A DNA stretch of 64,000 nucleotides from an uncultured Gemmatimonadales bacterium (lineage in GTDB: Bacteria > Gemmatimonadota > Gemmatimonadetes > Gemmatimonadales > GWC2-71-9), in assembly GCA_963695555.1 (NCBI GenBank), contig CAVOGR010000007.1:512001-576000 (forward strand). The letters run 5' to 3'. The translations under genes and the position numbers were made by a program. Shown in pieces: positions 39,108 through 48,559 of this stretch. The first letter of the stretch is position 1. Each line of letters begins with the position of its first letter. A model generated the notes under the pieces. The model was not told where the DNA came from. It saw nothing but the letters and a program-made list of their open reading frames with translations, and did not search any database.

Positions 39108-39493
39108 GGTTTCTCCAGGGGAATGAGTGAAGTCAACCTAGCGTCCGGTACCGAGGGAGGCAATCACTCGAAACGTCGGCCAAGGCAGGCGCCGCCAGCC
39201 TCTGCACTCGGCGTTCAACGAACGCCCGCCAGTGCGGCCAAGACTCCCCAGCCTGCAACCATCACCCAAAGCGGCACTTGCCAGCAGGAAAGTTCAACAC
39301 CGGACGTTGAATATCTCAATGGCCTGTGGGCCTGATTTCCTGGCAAGAACCAGCATCCGGTGCAATAGCGGGCCTTTCGCGTAGAAAATCTCAACGGTAG
39401 GGCATGGTTCTTCGCCACTCCGGCAGCGCCCGGTCAAACCGCTATCTCACGCTCCGACAATCACTTCCGCGCGCCACCCCGGGTCGGCCAACT

Positions 39494-39510
39494 ACGGCCC
39501 TTGGCTTGCC
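39494..39510 (+). promoter_or_regulatory. Possible sigma54 promoter of the Fe-S/NrfD/GcvH-like operon
   Basis: aCGGCcCttggcTTGCc, GG-N10-GC spacing with TTGC; imperfect -24 element. Confidence 0.35.
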
Positions 39511-39584
39511 ATAGGTATCACGTGGAGTTCATGGACTGGCGGGGCCCGGCGCGACTCGGGCACGACATTTCATCGGAGCGTCAC

Positions 39585-40488
39585 ATGAAGCGAAGGGACC
39601 TGCTGAAGACGTTGTGCGTCGCCGGCGGCTCCGCGGTTCTCGTGGGGGGGAGGAACCTCGAGGCCGAAGAGGCGGATGTTGCCCGCGGGGCGGGGCAGTC
39701 GATGGGTGTGCTGGTAGACACCACCAAGTGCCTGGGCTGCCGGATGTGCGAGTTTGCGTGCGCCGAGGCGAACGGGCTCCCCGAACCGGAGAAGGAGATC
39801 GATCGCGCGGTCGAGCGGAAGACCTCGCCGACCCAATTGACGGTGAACAATCGCTATGAGACGGACAAGGGCCCGGTGTCGGTGAAGCGGCAGTGCATGC
39901 ACTGCCTGCAACCGGCCTGCACCTCGGCCTGCCTGACGAAGGCGATGCACAAGACCCCGACCGGTGCGGTGGCGTGGGACGGCAAGAAGTGCATGGGTTG
40001 CCGGTTTTGCATGGTCTCCTGCCCCTTCGACGTGCCGAAGTTCGAGTATGACAGCGCCAATCCGAAGATCACCAAATGCGTCATGTGCGTGGACCGGCTG
40101 GCGCAGGGCGAGAAGCCGGCATGCGTGCAGGGCTGTCCTGTCGGGGCACTCACCTTTGGTCGGCGAGGGGAGCTGATCGAGGAGGGGCGGCGACGGATCT
40201 ACACAGAGCCCGACAAGTATGTGCCGCACATCTACGGCGAGCACGAGGCCGGTGGGACGTCCTGGCTCTACCTCGCAAAGGTTGCCGTTCGACCAGCTTG
40301 GTTTCAAGACCGATATCGGTGATACGGCATTCCCGACGTATACGCGCGAATTCCTCTACGCGGTGCCGCTGGCACTGACGTTGGTGCCGCCGTTCCTGCT
40401 GGCCCTGAATCGGGCCACCAACGGCGGGCACGAGGATGAACCGCTACAGGACGATGAGGAGAGCGAGGTCGAGCCATGGGAGCGCTGA
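39585..40488 (+). CDS. Tat-exported 4x[4Fe-4S] ferredoxin, HybA/HmcB-like, frameshifted near 40283
   Basis: MKRRDLLK Tat signal; CLGCRMCEFAC, CMHC..PAC..AC, CMGCRFCMVSCP, CVMC..ACVQGCP; YGEHEAGGTSWLYL; C-terminal TM in the shifted frame. Confidence 0.9.
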
Positions 40489-41741
40489 GCATGCCGGTTC
40501 CATCGACCGCACGAGGGTTCCGCGGCTTCGCGCGGTTCATCGTCCGCGAGCTCAAGCCGAAGGGAAAGATCCTCACGCCGTTCAACGTGATCACCGGCGT
40601 GATCGTGGCGACGGGGGCGGTGCTGCTCGCGATCCGGTTCATCTACGGTCTCGGGTCCATCACCAATCTGTCCCAGGATGTCCCGTGGGGGCTCTGGATC
40701 GGGTTCGACGTGGTGACCGGCGTCGCGTTCGCGGGCGGGGCCTACGTCGTCACCTTCATGGTCTATATCCTCGGACAGAAGAAGTACCATCCGATCGTCC
40801 GGGTCACGGTGCTCAACGGGTTCCTGGCCTACGTCTTCTATGCCGGAGCGCTGCTGCTCGATCTCGGGCGGCCGTGGAACGTGATCAACCCGATCATCGG
40901 CAATTCGTTCGGGGTGAGTTCGGTCTTGTTCCTGGTGGCCTGGCACTTCCTGTTGTACATGATCGCCGAGGCCATCGAGTTCTCGCCGGCGGTCGCAGAG
41001 TGGCTCGGGTGGGGGCGGGTGCGGGCGGTACTCAAGGGCATGACGATCGGGGCGGTGATCTTCGGCATCACGCTGTCGATCCTGCACCAGTCGGGGTTGG
41101 GCGCGCTCTACCTCATGGCCAAGACCAAGATCCACCCGCTGTGGTATTCGGAGTTCATCCCAATCCTGTTCCTCGTCTCCAGCATCTTCGCCGGTTTGTC
41201 GATGGTGATCTTCGAGGGCACCCTCACCCACAAGATCTTCCATCAGCGGGTTGGACGAGTGCTCCGAGCGACCCACGACGACATCGTCCTTGGGCTGGCC
41301 AGGATCTGTGGCGGGACCATGTTCGTGTACCTGTTCCTCCAGCTCTTGATCTTCGTCCACGAGCAACGATGGGCCTATGTGGCCTCCGGCTGGGGCGCGT
41401 GGTACCTGCTCGAGTTGGGTGGATTTGTCATGGTGCCGGCCGCCCTCTTCATCATCGCGTTCCGCGATCGGAGCCTCCGCATGACGCGCGTCGCAGCCGC
41501 CATGACGCTCATCGGCATCATTCTCAACCGGCTCAATGTCTCGGTCATCGCGTTTCGATGGGATGCGGCGGTGAGGTACGTGCCGAGTTGGATGGAGATC
41601 GTGGTCACGTTGGCCGTCATCAGCGTCGAGCTCTGGGTCTTCCGCTGGGTCATCAATCGTATGCCGGTGCTCGATTTCGGGAACCACACCGACCATGCTG
41701 AAGCGCGCGAGCGCCGAGCTGCGGTCGAGACCCAGGCGTAG
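40476..41741 (+). CDS. NrfD/PsrC-family membrane subunit, HybB/HmcC-like
   Basis: PWGLWIGFDV, LDLGRPWN, LSILHQSGLG, HPLWYS, LNRLNV, YVPSWMEI; about 10 TM. Confidence 0.92.
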   Translation: MGALSMPVPSTARGFRGFARFIVRELKPKGKILTPFNVITGVIVATGAVLLAIRFIYGLGSITNLSQDVPWGLWIGFDVVTGVAFAGGAYVVTFMVYILGQKKYHPIVRVTVLNGFLAYVFYAGALLLDLGRPWNVINPIIGNSFGVSSVLFLVAWHFLLYMIAEAIEFSPAVAEWLGWGRVRAVLKGMTIGAVIFGITLSILHQSGLGALYLMAKTKIHPLWYSEFIPILFLVSSIFAGLSMVIFEGTLTHKIFHQRVGRVLRATHDDIVLGLARICGGTMFVYLFLQLLIFVHEQRWAYVASGWGAWYLLELGGFVMVPAALFIIAFRDRSLRMTRVAAAMTLIGIILNRLNVSVIAFRWDAAVRYVPSWMEIVVTLAVISVELWVFRWVINRMPVLDFGNHTDHAEARERRAAVETQA

Positions 41742-41747
41742 GGGGAG

Positions 41748-42461
41748 ATGGACATGCAAAGCGACCTATTCGCCACCAAGGGCGCTGAGTACTTGATCGT
41801 CATCGCCTATCTGCTCATCCTGGTCGGCTTCTGGCGCCTGCTGGTGCGACCGACCGCGTCGCGGGCCACGGTGGCATTGTTGCGACGGGTACCACCGTCG
41901 CCCCGGATACCTCGGGTGGCCGGCTGGTTCCGAGTGCCCGACGGTTATGCCTTCCATCAGGGGCACACCTGGGCAATCGAGGAACCCCAAGGCGGGGGGG
42001 TGATGCGGGTCGGGATGGACGATTTCTCACAGAAATTCCTGGGCAAGCCAGGCGCATTCCACCTGCCCCGCGTGGGCGACCGCCTGAGACAGGGCGAGCG
42101 CGGCTGGGCGGTGGAGGTCGAATCCAAGTCGATTCCGATGGTATCCCCGGTCGAGGGCCGCGTGGTGGCCGTGAACCAGGGCGTGCTCGAGGCGCCGGAT
42201 CTGGTGCAGTCGGACCCGTACCAGCAAGGCTGGCTGTTGAAAGTTGAGGTCGACAATCCCAAGACCGCCCGCAACAACCTCTTGACCGGGCGCCTGGCAC
42301 GGGCCTGGAACCGAAACACGGTGGACCGTCTTCAGCACATGCAGGCGGGGGAACTTGGGCTCTTGCTGCCCGACGGCGGTGTGCCGGTGGACGGCTTCGT
42401 CAGAGCGTTGTCACCAAAAGGGTGGGAGGAACTCGCGGGAGAGTTCTTCCTGACCAACTAG
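41748..42461 (+). CDS. Membrane-anchored glycine-cleavage-H-like protein
   Basis: N-terminal TM, then FHQGHTW, VRVGMDDF, SPVEGRVVAVN, DPYQQGWLLKV of the GcvH fold. Confidence 0.88.
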   Translation: MDMQSDLFATKGAEYLIVIAYLLILVGFWRLLVRPTASRATVALLRRVPPSPRIPRVAGWFRVPDGYAFHQGHTWAIEEPQGGGVMRVGMDDFSQKFLGKPGAFHLPRVGDRLRQGERGWAVEVESKSIPMVSPVEGRVVAVNQGVLEAPDLVQSDPYQQGWLLKVEVDNPKTARNNLLTGRLARAWNRNTVDRLQHMQAGELGLLLPDGGVPVDGFVRALSPKGWEELAGEFFLTN

Positions 42462-42487
42462 CCCGACTCGTGGGCAGGCCGCGCGAC

Positions 42488-42523
42488 GCCAGGCGTCTCT
42501 CGATTGGAGGCGCCTGGCTTTGT
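42488..42523 (+). terminator. Intrinsic terminator closing the three-gene redox operon
   Basis: GCCAGGCGTCTC-N7-GAGGCGCCTGGC-TTTGT. Confidence 0.75.
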
Positions 42524-42571
42524 CATTGGTCCCCGCGCTACGTTACGGGCTCCGCAGCAGAAGGAAGGCCA

Positions 42572-42997
42572 GTGGAATCAGGCCAACACCAATTCGAGCT
42601 CCGGATCGACATCCAGCCCGCCGATATCGATGAGCTGGGCCACGTGAACAACGTGGTCTACCTCCGGTGGGTGCAGGACGTCGCCGTGGCCCACTGGCGG
42701 GCTCAGGCCCCAGCCGCGGACCAGGCCAAGGTGGCCTGGGTGGTAGTGCGTCACGAGATCGACTACAAGCGTGCCGCCGTGCTCAGTGACCGGATCATTG
42801 CCCGGACCCGGGTCGGCGCGGCCTCGCGACTCACCTTCGAGCGCCACACCGAGCTCTTCCGTGCTGCCGATGGCAAGCTGTTGGCCCGGGCGCGGACCCT
42901 CTGGTGCCCCATCGATGCGACCTCCGGCAAGCCGACTGAAGTCAGCGCCGAGGTCCGCGCCGGCTTCTCCGTCGACGGCGCGCGACCACCGGGCTGA
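42572..42997 (+). CDS. Acyl-CoA thioesterase (4HBT/YbgC-like hotdog)
   Basis: DIDELGHVNNVVYLRW, EIDYK. Confidence 0.92.
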   Translation: MESGQHQFELRIDIQPADIDELGHVNNVVYLRWVQDVAVAHWRAQAPAADQAKVAWVVVRHEIDYKRAAVLSDRIIARTRVGAASRLTFERHTELFRAADGKLLARARTLWCPIDATSGKPTEVSAEVRAGFSVDGARPPG

Positions 42998-43091
42998 CCC
43001 GGGATGGATGCGCCCCAAGATGGGCGGCATCTTCCGCAACCCAGCACCCCGCCCTATACTGTCACCGCCAACTCAACCATTGGGGTTATCA

Positions 43092-43589
43092 ATGCTACAG
43101 AACATGAAGTTCCTGGGAGCGGTCGCGGTGCTGGGCCTCGCGGCCGCATGCCAGCCGCAGCAAGCCGCCATGCCTGCCGTCGACGCCGCAGCCGTGCGGA
43201 CGGCGATCGAAGGCGAGAACGTCAAGTGGACCCAGGCCTATCTCGCGAAGGACGCCGCGGCGCTCGCCGCCCTCTACACCGAGGATGCCATTCTGGCGAT
43301 GCCGAATACGCCGCGTGTGATCGGCAGGGAGGCCATCGCCGCCGCCTATGGCGCGGTCTTAACCCAGGTTTCACCCGTGACCAATGACGTTACCATCGAC
43401 CGGCTGGAAGTCGCCCAATCCGGCGACTTCGCCTATGTGGTCGGAACGTACGGGGGTACCTGGAGCATGGCGGATGGCAGCTCGATGGCGGACACCGGCA
43501 AGTACACCGCCGTATTCAAGAACGTGAACGGCCAATGGATGCTCGCCGTCGACAGCTGGAGCAGCGACATGCCGGCGGGAGGGATGTAG
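43092..43589 (+). CDS. DUF4440/NTF2-family lipoprotein
   Basis: Lipobox AAAC; ALYTEDA, SGDFAY, DTGKY, W...DSWSSD. Confidence 0.88.
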   Translation: MLQNMKFLGAVAVLGLAAACQPQQAAMPAVDAAAVRTAIEGENVKWTQAYLAKDAAALAALYTEDAILAMPNTPRVIGREAIAAAYGAVLTQVSPVTNDVTIDRLEVAQSGDFAYVVGTYGGTWSMADGSSMADTGKYTAVFKNVNGQWMLAVDSWSSDMPAGGM

Positions 43590-43623
43590 TAACCTCAGTG
43601 GTCGATCGACCCGCCACGTAACT

Positions 43624-43655
43624 CGAGGGCCCCGGCTGCGACAGCGGGGCCCTCG
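43624..43655. terminator. Terminator hairpin between convergent genes
   Basis: CGAGGGCCC...GGGCCCTCG. Confidence 0.6.
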
Positions 43656-43692
43656 GTGTATCGAGTTTGTGTCGCTTGCCTGGGTGACGGTA

Positions 43693-46647
43693 TCACGGAC
43701 ACAGCGCGGTGATCTGGCCCCGCAGCTCGGCTGGTCGTTCACGAGCGAGCAGGCTATCGATGCCCTCGAGCGTGAAGGTGAACCTCGAATCGGGTCCACC
43801 CAGCTGGCTCAGCTGCCGCCGCACGTCGGCGCAGCGGCCCTCCTTTGCCAGCGCCAGCGTTCGCGCCAGCAGAACCTCGAGGTAGACTTCCCGCACATCG
43901 GTGCCACCCTCTTCGCTCGGGAAGAAGCGCATCCGAAAGAGCGCCTCAGCTTGGTCGAAGCGCTGGGCGTCCGCCAGCACACGGGCGAGGTGGTAGACCA
44001 GCTTCGCGGGCATGAGCATGGGCTCGGGAAACGTGAGGAGCGAGTCGGCCCGCTCACCCGCCGAACGGCCCATCTGCTCGAGTGCCCGGTCCAATCCGAA
44101 GTAAATGTCATCGTTCAGAGGATCCACCCGGCGACCTTCCGAGAACAACTCAGCCGCACGTTCCGGCGGGCCACCGGCGTAGAGAACCGCGTAGCCCATG
44201 TTGCGGTGCAGGACGGGGGTATTCGGCGCACGCCGACGGGCTTCTTCCCACCGCTCCAGCGCCTGATTAGCCATTCCGGCCGATAAATCGAGCGATCCCA
44301 TAAGGAAATAGGCCGTGGCGTCGTCGGGATTGTGCGTCAGCGCCTGGGCCAGCACGGTGACGGTCTCATGCCGGTTGGGAAACACGTAGGTGGTGGGGCC
44401 TCGCGATGCACGGGCACGATCGCTGGTTCCGTCCAGGCCCAGCGCTTCACGACAGAGGGCGCGGTAGTAGCCGATCAGCGGATACTGGTCGGGATGCGGC
44501 ATGCCCGGCTCGGTCACCACCCCCGGGCCGCGCGGGTATTCGCGCTCGAGCAGTGCCAATGCGTCCCGATAGAGCCCGAACCGCATGTAGTCGACGGCGA
44601 TTTCTAGAATGCGCTCGGGATCGGCTGCGAGATGCTGCCATAACGCCGCGTCACTGCCGCCGAGGAGGGTGGCCTCGTACCTGAGGAACGAGCTGGTCGG
44701 ATCGACCTCCATCCACTTGGCGAGTTCCGCTCGCGCGGCATCCATCCGGCCCAAGGTGCGCAACAGCGCCACCTCGATCGCGCCGAGTCGAACCACGTCG
44801 CGATTGTCTCTGGTGACTTCCTGCACCAACTGGAGCGCACGAGCCATGTCACCGCCCTTCGAAGCGATCGCCGCGAGACCCCGCAGTGACGACGGCCGGA
44901 AGGTGCCGTACGATTGCGAGCGTTCCCACGCGAGCCGGGCGCCCGGCGGGTCGCCCTGTCCCTCGAGGGCCCGTCCCAGATAATAGGACGACTCGTAATC
45001 GTTGCTCACCCGCTCGAGTGCCGCGGTTAGATAACGGCCGCCGTCGTCGTAGCGCTTGAGGATGACACTGAGCCGGCCCGCAGCACGGGCGAGTGCGACG
45101 CTCATGGGAAAGCGGCGGAGCCCCTCTTCATAGGTGGCCATGGCCTCGAGCAGCCGCCCGTCACGTTCCTGCTGGTCACCCAGCTCCACCCAATCACCCT
45201 CGCTCCGTTGGTCCGCGGAAGGAATGCGATACTGGTCGCGCGGGCCGGGCTGAATGTGGTCGGCCGGAACGAAGTCATAGACCCCTTCGGTGTGCTCCAG
45301 CACCACCCGGGCCTGGGCATCGCGAAGGGTCACGGTATAGGGCACGTCGGTGGGGACACCGTCGAGCGTCCCCTGGATTTCGGTGCCGGGGAGCAGAGAA
45401 GCTGGCACGGACGGGACGAGAAATTCTTCGCCACCGACACGGAAGCGGAGGGTCGCATTCGGCAGCGGGCGGGTGACGTTGAGCGCAAAGTGGAGACTGT
45501 CGGTGCTTCTCCACACCCGAATCACCGCACCGGGATTGGCGCGGGTAACGCCACCCAGTTCCCGGATCGGGATCCAGTACTCGCTGAATCGCACCGATTC
45601 CTCCGGCTCGAGGAACCCGTAGGTCTCCTGATTGCGGAACAGCCCCGCCTGAATCTCGACGTAGGCGCTCTGGTTATCCGACAGCGCCTTCCGCCAGTTG
45701 AGCCCGTTCTGGTCGCTGCCCCAGGACCAGATCTTCTTGGCCGGCAAGTCGGTGGGCGATGAATAGTGCACCACGCCCGAACGGGTCCGGGGATGGTACA
45801 CCGCCATGTAGCCCTCGCGGCTCCCATGGCTAAAGCGCGACACGGGACCGAACGTGTGATTACCGACGACGCTGTTGTCGGTGCCTCGCGAGTCGACCGG
45901 CCAGGTATCGATGTCGCGGAACCCGTGCGAGGCGGTGTACTCCATCGGATAAGTGATCCGGCTGTCGTCCCAGACCTCGACCGCTGCGTTGGTCCACCAG
46001 TAGAACCGGTGCCGGAAGTCGCTCCGATTGTACAGGGTGGTGTGGTGCTCCAGCACCGCCTGGCCGGGGCGGAGCCGCAGTTCGACGCGCCATTGCATGC
46101 CGGTTACCCGGTCGATATTCGCCACCCACACCGACGCGCTCGAATCCGCGTTCTGTGTGATGGCAAAGTCTACCGGCGAGGTGCTCATCCAGTTGTGCGA
46201 CACCGGGAAATTGAACTCGACGCCGAACGCAGCCCACGCGCCGCGATACCCGATTTGGGTCAGCTTGAGCGACGGGTTGGCGTAGAACATCTCCTGACCG
46301 TTCACCTTATCGGTGCAGCTATAGAGGTGTCCGCCCACATCGGGCAATACGACGCAGCGCAGGAACTCGTTCTCGAGGTAGAGCGCGCGCCAGTCATGCG
46401 GCTCGCGCCGGTCGGTCAACCGATCGCGGATGGTGTAGGGGTAATTGACCCGGCGCGGCTGGAAGAAGTCGAACGGGGGGTTCGGATCGGGCGGCTCCTC
46501 GACGTAGCTCGGGAGCGAGAACGTGCTATCCCATGCTCGGACGGCCGACGCTTCCTGAGCTCCGACCGCGCCGGCACAGGCGAGCGCGAGCACCGCCGGA
46601 ACCATGATGCCCGCGCCGGGAAGAAGTCTTCTCCATGTTCGCTGCAC
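43693..46647 (-). CDS. DUF5107 domain plus TPR-repeat protein
   Basis: LENEFL.CVVLPDVGG, GVEFNFP, YWWTNAAV, KKIWSWG, YVEIQAG, then TPRs; start uncertain. Confidence 0.88.
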   Translation of the reverse strand: MQRTWRRLLPGAGIMVPAVLALACAGAVGAQEASAVRAWDSTFSLPSYVEEPPDPNPPFDFFQPRRVNYPYTIRDRLTDRREPHDWRALYLENEFLRCVVLPDVGGHLYSCTDKVNGQEMFYANPSLKLTQIGYRGAWAAFGVEFNFPVSHNWMSTSPVDFAITQNADSSASVWVANIDRVTGMQWRVELRLRPGQAVLEHHTTLYNRSDFRHRFYWWTNAAVEVWDDSRITYPMEYTASHGFRDIDTWPVDSRGTDNSVVGNHTFGPVSRFSHGSREGYMAVYHPRTRSGVVHYSSPTDLPAKKIWSWGSDQNGLNWRKALSDNQSAYVEIQAGLFRNQETYGFLEPEESVRFSEYWIPIRELGGVTRANPGAVIRVWRSTDSLHFALNVTRPLPNATLRFRVGGEEFLVPSVPASLLPGTEIQGTLDGVPTDVPYTVTLRDAQARVVLEHTEGVYDFVPADHIQPGPRDQYRIPSADQRSEGDWVELGDQQERDGRLLEAMATYEEGLRRFPMSVALARAAGRLSVILKRYDDGGRYLTAALERVSNDYESSYYLGRALEGQGDPPGARLAWERSQSYGTFRPSSLRGLAAIASKGGDMARALQLVQEVTRDNRDVVRLGAIEVALLRTLGRMDAARAELAKWMEVDPTSSFLRYEATLLGGSDAALWQHLAADPERILEIAVDYMRFGLYRDALALLEREYPRGPGVVTEPGMPHPDQYPLIGYYRALCREALGLDGTSDRARASRGPTTYVFPNRHETVTVLAQALTHNPDDATAYFLMGSLDLSAGMANQALERWEEARRRAPNTPVLHRNMGYAVLYAGGPPERAAELFSEGRRVDPLNDDIYFGLDRALEQMGRSAGERADSLLTFPEPMLMPAKLVYHLARVLADAQRFDQAEALFRMRFFPSEEGGTDVREVYLEVLLARTLALAKEGRCADVRRQLSQLGGPDSRFTFTLEGIDSLLARERPAELRGQITALCP

Positions 46648-46775
46648 GTTGATCTCTGTCCCGCTCAGGGGTGCTTGTGGCGACGGGCCAGCTGCCATCG
46701 GTGTTGGGGTGAACATCCACGAAGATATGCCACAGTGAGAGTTGAGCAACGGCACCCTGGCCCGGGCGGCTACCC

Positions 46776-47393
46776 CTAGCGGACCGGCACCGCGAGCAGC
46801 GTCTTCCGCCTGAGGAACGTATTGCTCGGGCCGAGCACCCAGTAGTCGGGCCAGACACGCCAGGTTACCCGGAGCCCCTGCGCTTCCTCACCCGCCGGCA
46901 GCACGAATGACGGCGTGCGGGTGTAGCTCTGACCGGCCGCGAGCACCTGGGCAAAGCGATCGCTGCCGTCGGGCGTCGGCTCAGGCTCGTATTCCTGCCC
47001 GGCACGGTCCACCAACCGAATCCTGAGCAGCGACGGATGCTCCGGCGCCTGTACGGCGTCGCTCCGCACCTGGACGCCGACCGCAATGTGTCTCGATCGC
47101 GCCGGATCGGGCGGATCCGCCATGGTGGCCACCACGGCGACGTGGAGATGGCAGTCGAACCCGCAGAAGGACAGCTCCTCCGACGGAGGTAGCACCCTGG
47201 TTGGTGTAAGGAGCGCGGGCAGCGCAATGCCGAGCCCGTACAGCGTCACGACGACACCGGCCAGGGCGAGCGCCCGAAGCGCGGTCGAGCGGCGGCCCCG
47301 GACGTAACCGAGCAGTGCGATCAGGAACGCGATCGCGACCAGCCCGAACGTGGCCAGCGTCGCGAGGGTACCGAGCAAATGGGCCAGCATCAT
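46776..47393 (-). CDS. Membrane protein, 2 TM plus extracytoplasmic Ig-like domain
   Basis: Two N-terminal helices, CGFDC, LVDRAGQEY..L.AG.S...F (DUF4352-like). Confidence 0.7.
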   Translation of the reverse strand: MMLAHLLGTLATLATFGLVAIAFLIALLGYVRGRRSTALRALALAGVVVTLYGLGIALPALLTPTRVLPPSEELSFCGFDCHLHVAVVATMADPPDPARSRHIAVGVQVRSDAVQAPEHPSLLRIRLVDRAGQEYEPEPTPDGSDRFAQVLAAGQSYTRTPSFVLPAGEEAQGLRVTWRVWPDYWVLGPSNTFLRRKTLLAVPVR

Positions 47394-47418
47394 AGGGTAC
47401 TCCTTAGGAACCGTCGGA

Positions 47419-48135
47419 TCAGGCCGCGGGGTTCGACAGCCCGCCGAAGCGGCGGTCGCGTTCGTGGTAGGCGCGGATTGCCCCGGCGAGCGCCTGGGCA
47501 TCGAAGTCGGGCCAGTAGACCGGCGTGAACCAGAGCTCCGCGTAGGCGCATTCCCAGAGGAGAAAATCGCTCAGCCGCTGCTCGCCACCGGTGCGGATCA
47601 AGAGGTCGACTTCCCGGGCGGCCTGGCCGGCTTCGTCCGGCGCGAGAACGCGATGGAAGTCCTCGCGCGTCCGGGCATTGCCCATGCGGCCGGTCGCGGA
47701 GAGGATCGCATCGCGCGCCGAGTAATCCACCGCGATCCGAAGCAGGAGTCGGGTGCCGTCGGTCGTGACCCGCTCGGCCTGTTCGATGGTGGCAACCAGC
47801 CCCTGCGGCAGCCGGTCGCGGCGCCCGATCACCCGAACTCGGACACCGGCCTCCGCCGCGCGCTCGGCGTCGCGCCCCAGGTATTGCCCCAAGAGTCCCA
47901 TCAGTGCCGTCACCTCGTGGGCGGGACGGCGCCAGTTGTCGCTCGAGAAGGCGAACACCGTGAGGATGCCGACGCCCGCGTCGGGCGCGGCTCGGACGAT
48001 TCGCCGGAGGGCCCGCACCCCGGCCGCGTGCCCCAGCGTGCGGGGCCAGCCGCGCCGGGCGGCCCAGCGCCCGTTGCCATCCATAATGATGGCCACGTGC
48101 AGGCCGGCCTGCCATGGTTGAGTACTTTGCTTCAT
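47419..48135 (-). CDS. uppS: cis-prenyltransferase (undecaprenyl diphosphate synthase family)
   Basis: HVAIIMDGNGRWA, GH..G, FAFSSDNWRRP, IRTGGEQRLSDFLLWECAYAE, RRFGG. Confidence 0.93.
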   Translation of the reverse strand: MKQSTQPWQAGLHVAIIMDGNGRWAARRGWPRTLGHAAGVRALRRIVRAAPDAGVGILTVFAFSSDNWRRPAHEVTALMGLLGQYLGRDAERAAEAGVRVRVIGRRDRLPQGLVATIEQAERVTTDGTRLLLRIAVDYSARDAILSATGRMGNARTREDFHRVLAPDEAGQAAREVDLLIRTGGEQRLSDFLLWECAYAELWFTPVYWPDFDAQALAGAIRAYHERDRRFGGLSNPAA

Positions 48136-48166
48136 AAAGCGATATCCCCAAAAAAATAGAGATGGG

Positions 48167-48559
48167 TTAGACGTCCCGCATGGAGTCGATCAGGGCTTCC
48201 ATGTGCGACAGATAGCGGTCGAGCGCCTTCCGGCCCCGTGCGGTCAGCCGGTATTCGGTTCGCGGCACCCGGTCGGCAAAGGACTTGTGGCAGGCGAGGT
48301 AGCCCGCGTCTTCCAGCTTCCTTGCATGCACGCTCAGGTTCCCGTCGCTCGTGTCGAGCAGTTCTTTCAATTCGTTGAACGACAGCACGTCGTTGACCGC
48401 GAGCGTGCTCACAATGGCGAGCCGCATGCGCTCGTGGATCAACCGGTCGAGTTGGAGCGGCTCCTCCGCGGCCGCTCGGCCGCGCACGCTTCCCAACCGC
48501 GGAGTCGAGTCCTTGGCTTGCTTTTGCCGAGCTTTCCGGGCCGCGTTCGACTTAGCCAC
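48167..48559 (-). CDS. Winged-helix transcriptional regulator (HTH_34, MarR/ArsR-like)
   Basis: LDRLIHERMRLAIVS, TSDGNLSVHARKLEDAGY, PRTEYRLT..GR. Confidence 0.92.
   Translation of the reverse strand: MAKSNAARKARQKQAKDSTPRLGSVRGRAAAEEPLQLDRLIHERMRLAIVSTLAVNDVLSFNELKELLDTSDGNLSVHARKLEDAGYLACHKSFADRVPRTEYRLTARGRKALDRYLSHMEALIDSMRDV

Noticed and set aside
40270..40295. Programmed frameshift giving soluble versus anchored ferredoxin
   Set aside because: No slippery heptamer or stimulatory structure; similar indels occur throughout the window
41748..42461. Annotating as gcvH (glycine cleavage) or lbpA (sHdr sulfur oxidation)
   Set aside because: Lipoyl-Lys position appears substituted, the protein has a TM anchor and no Cys, and no gcvTPL, shdr or lipoylation genes are nearby
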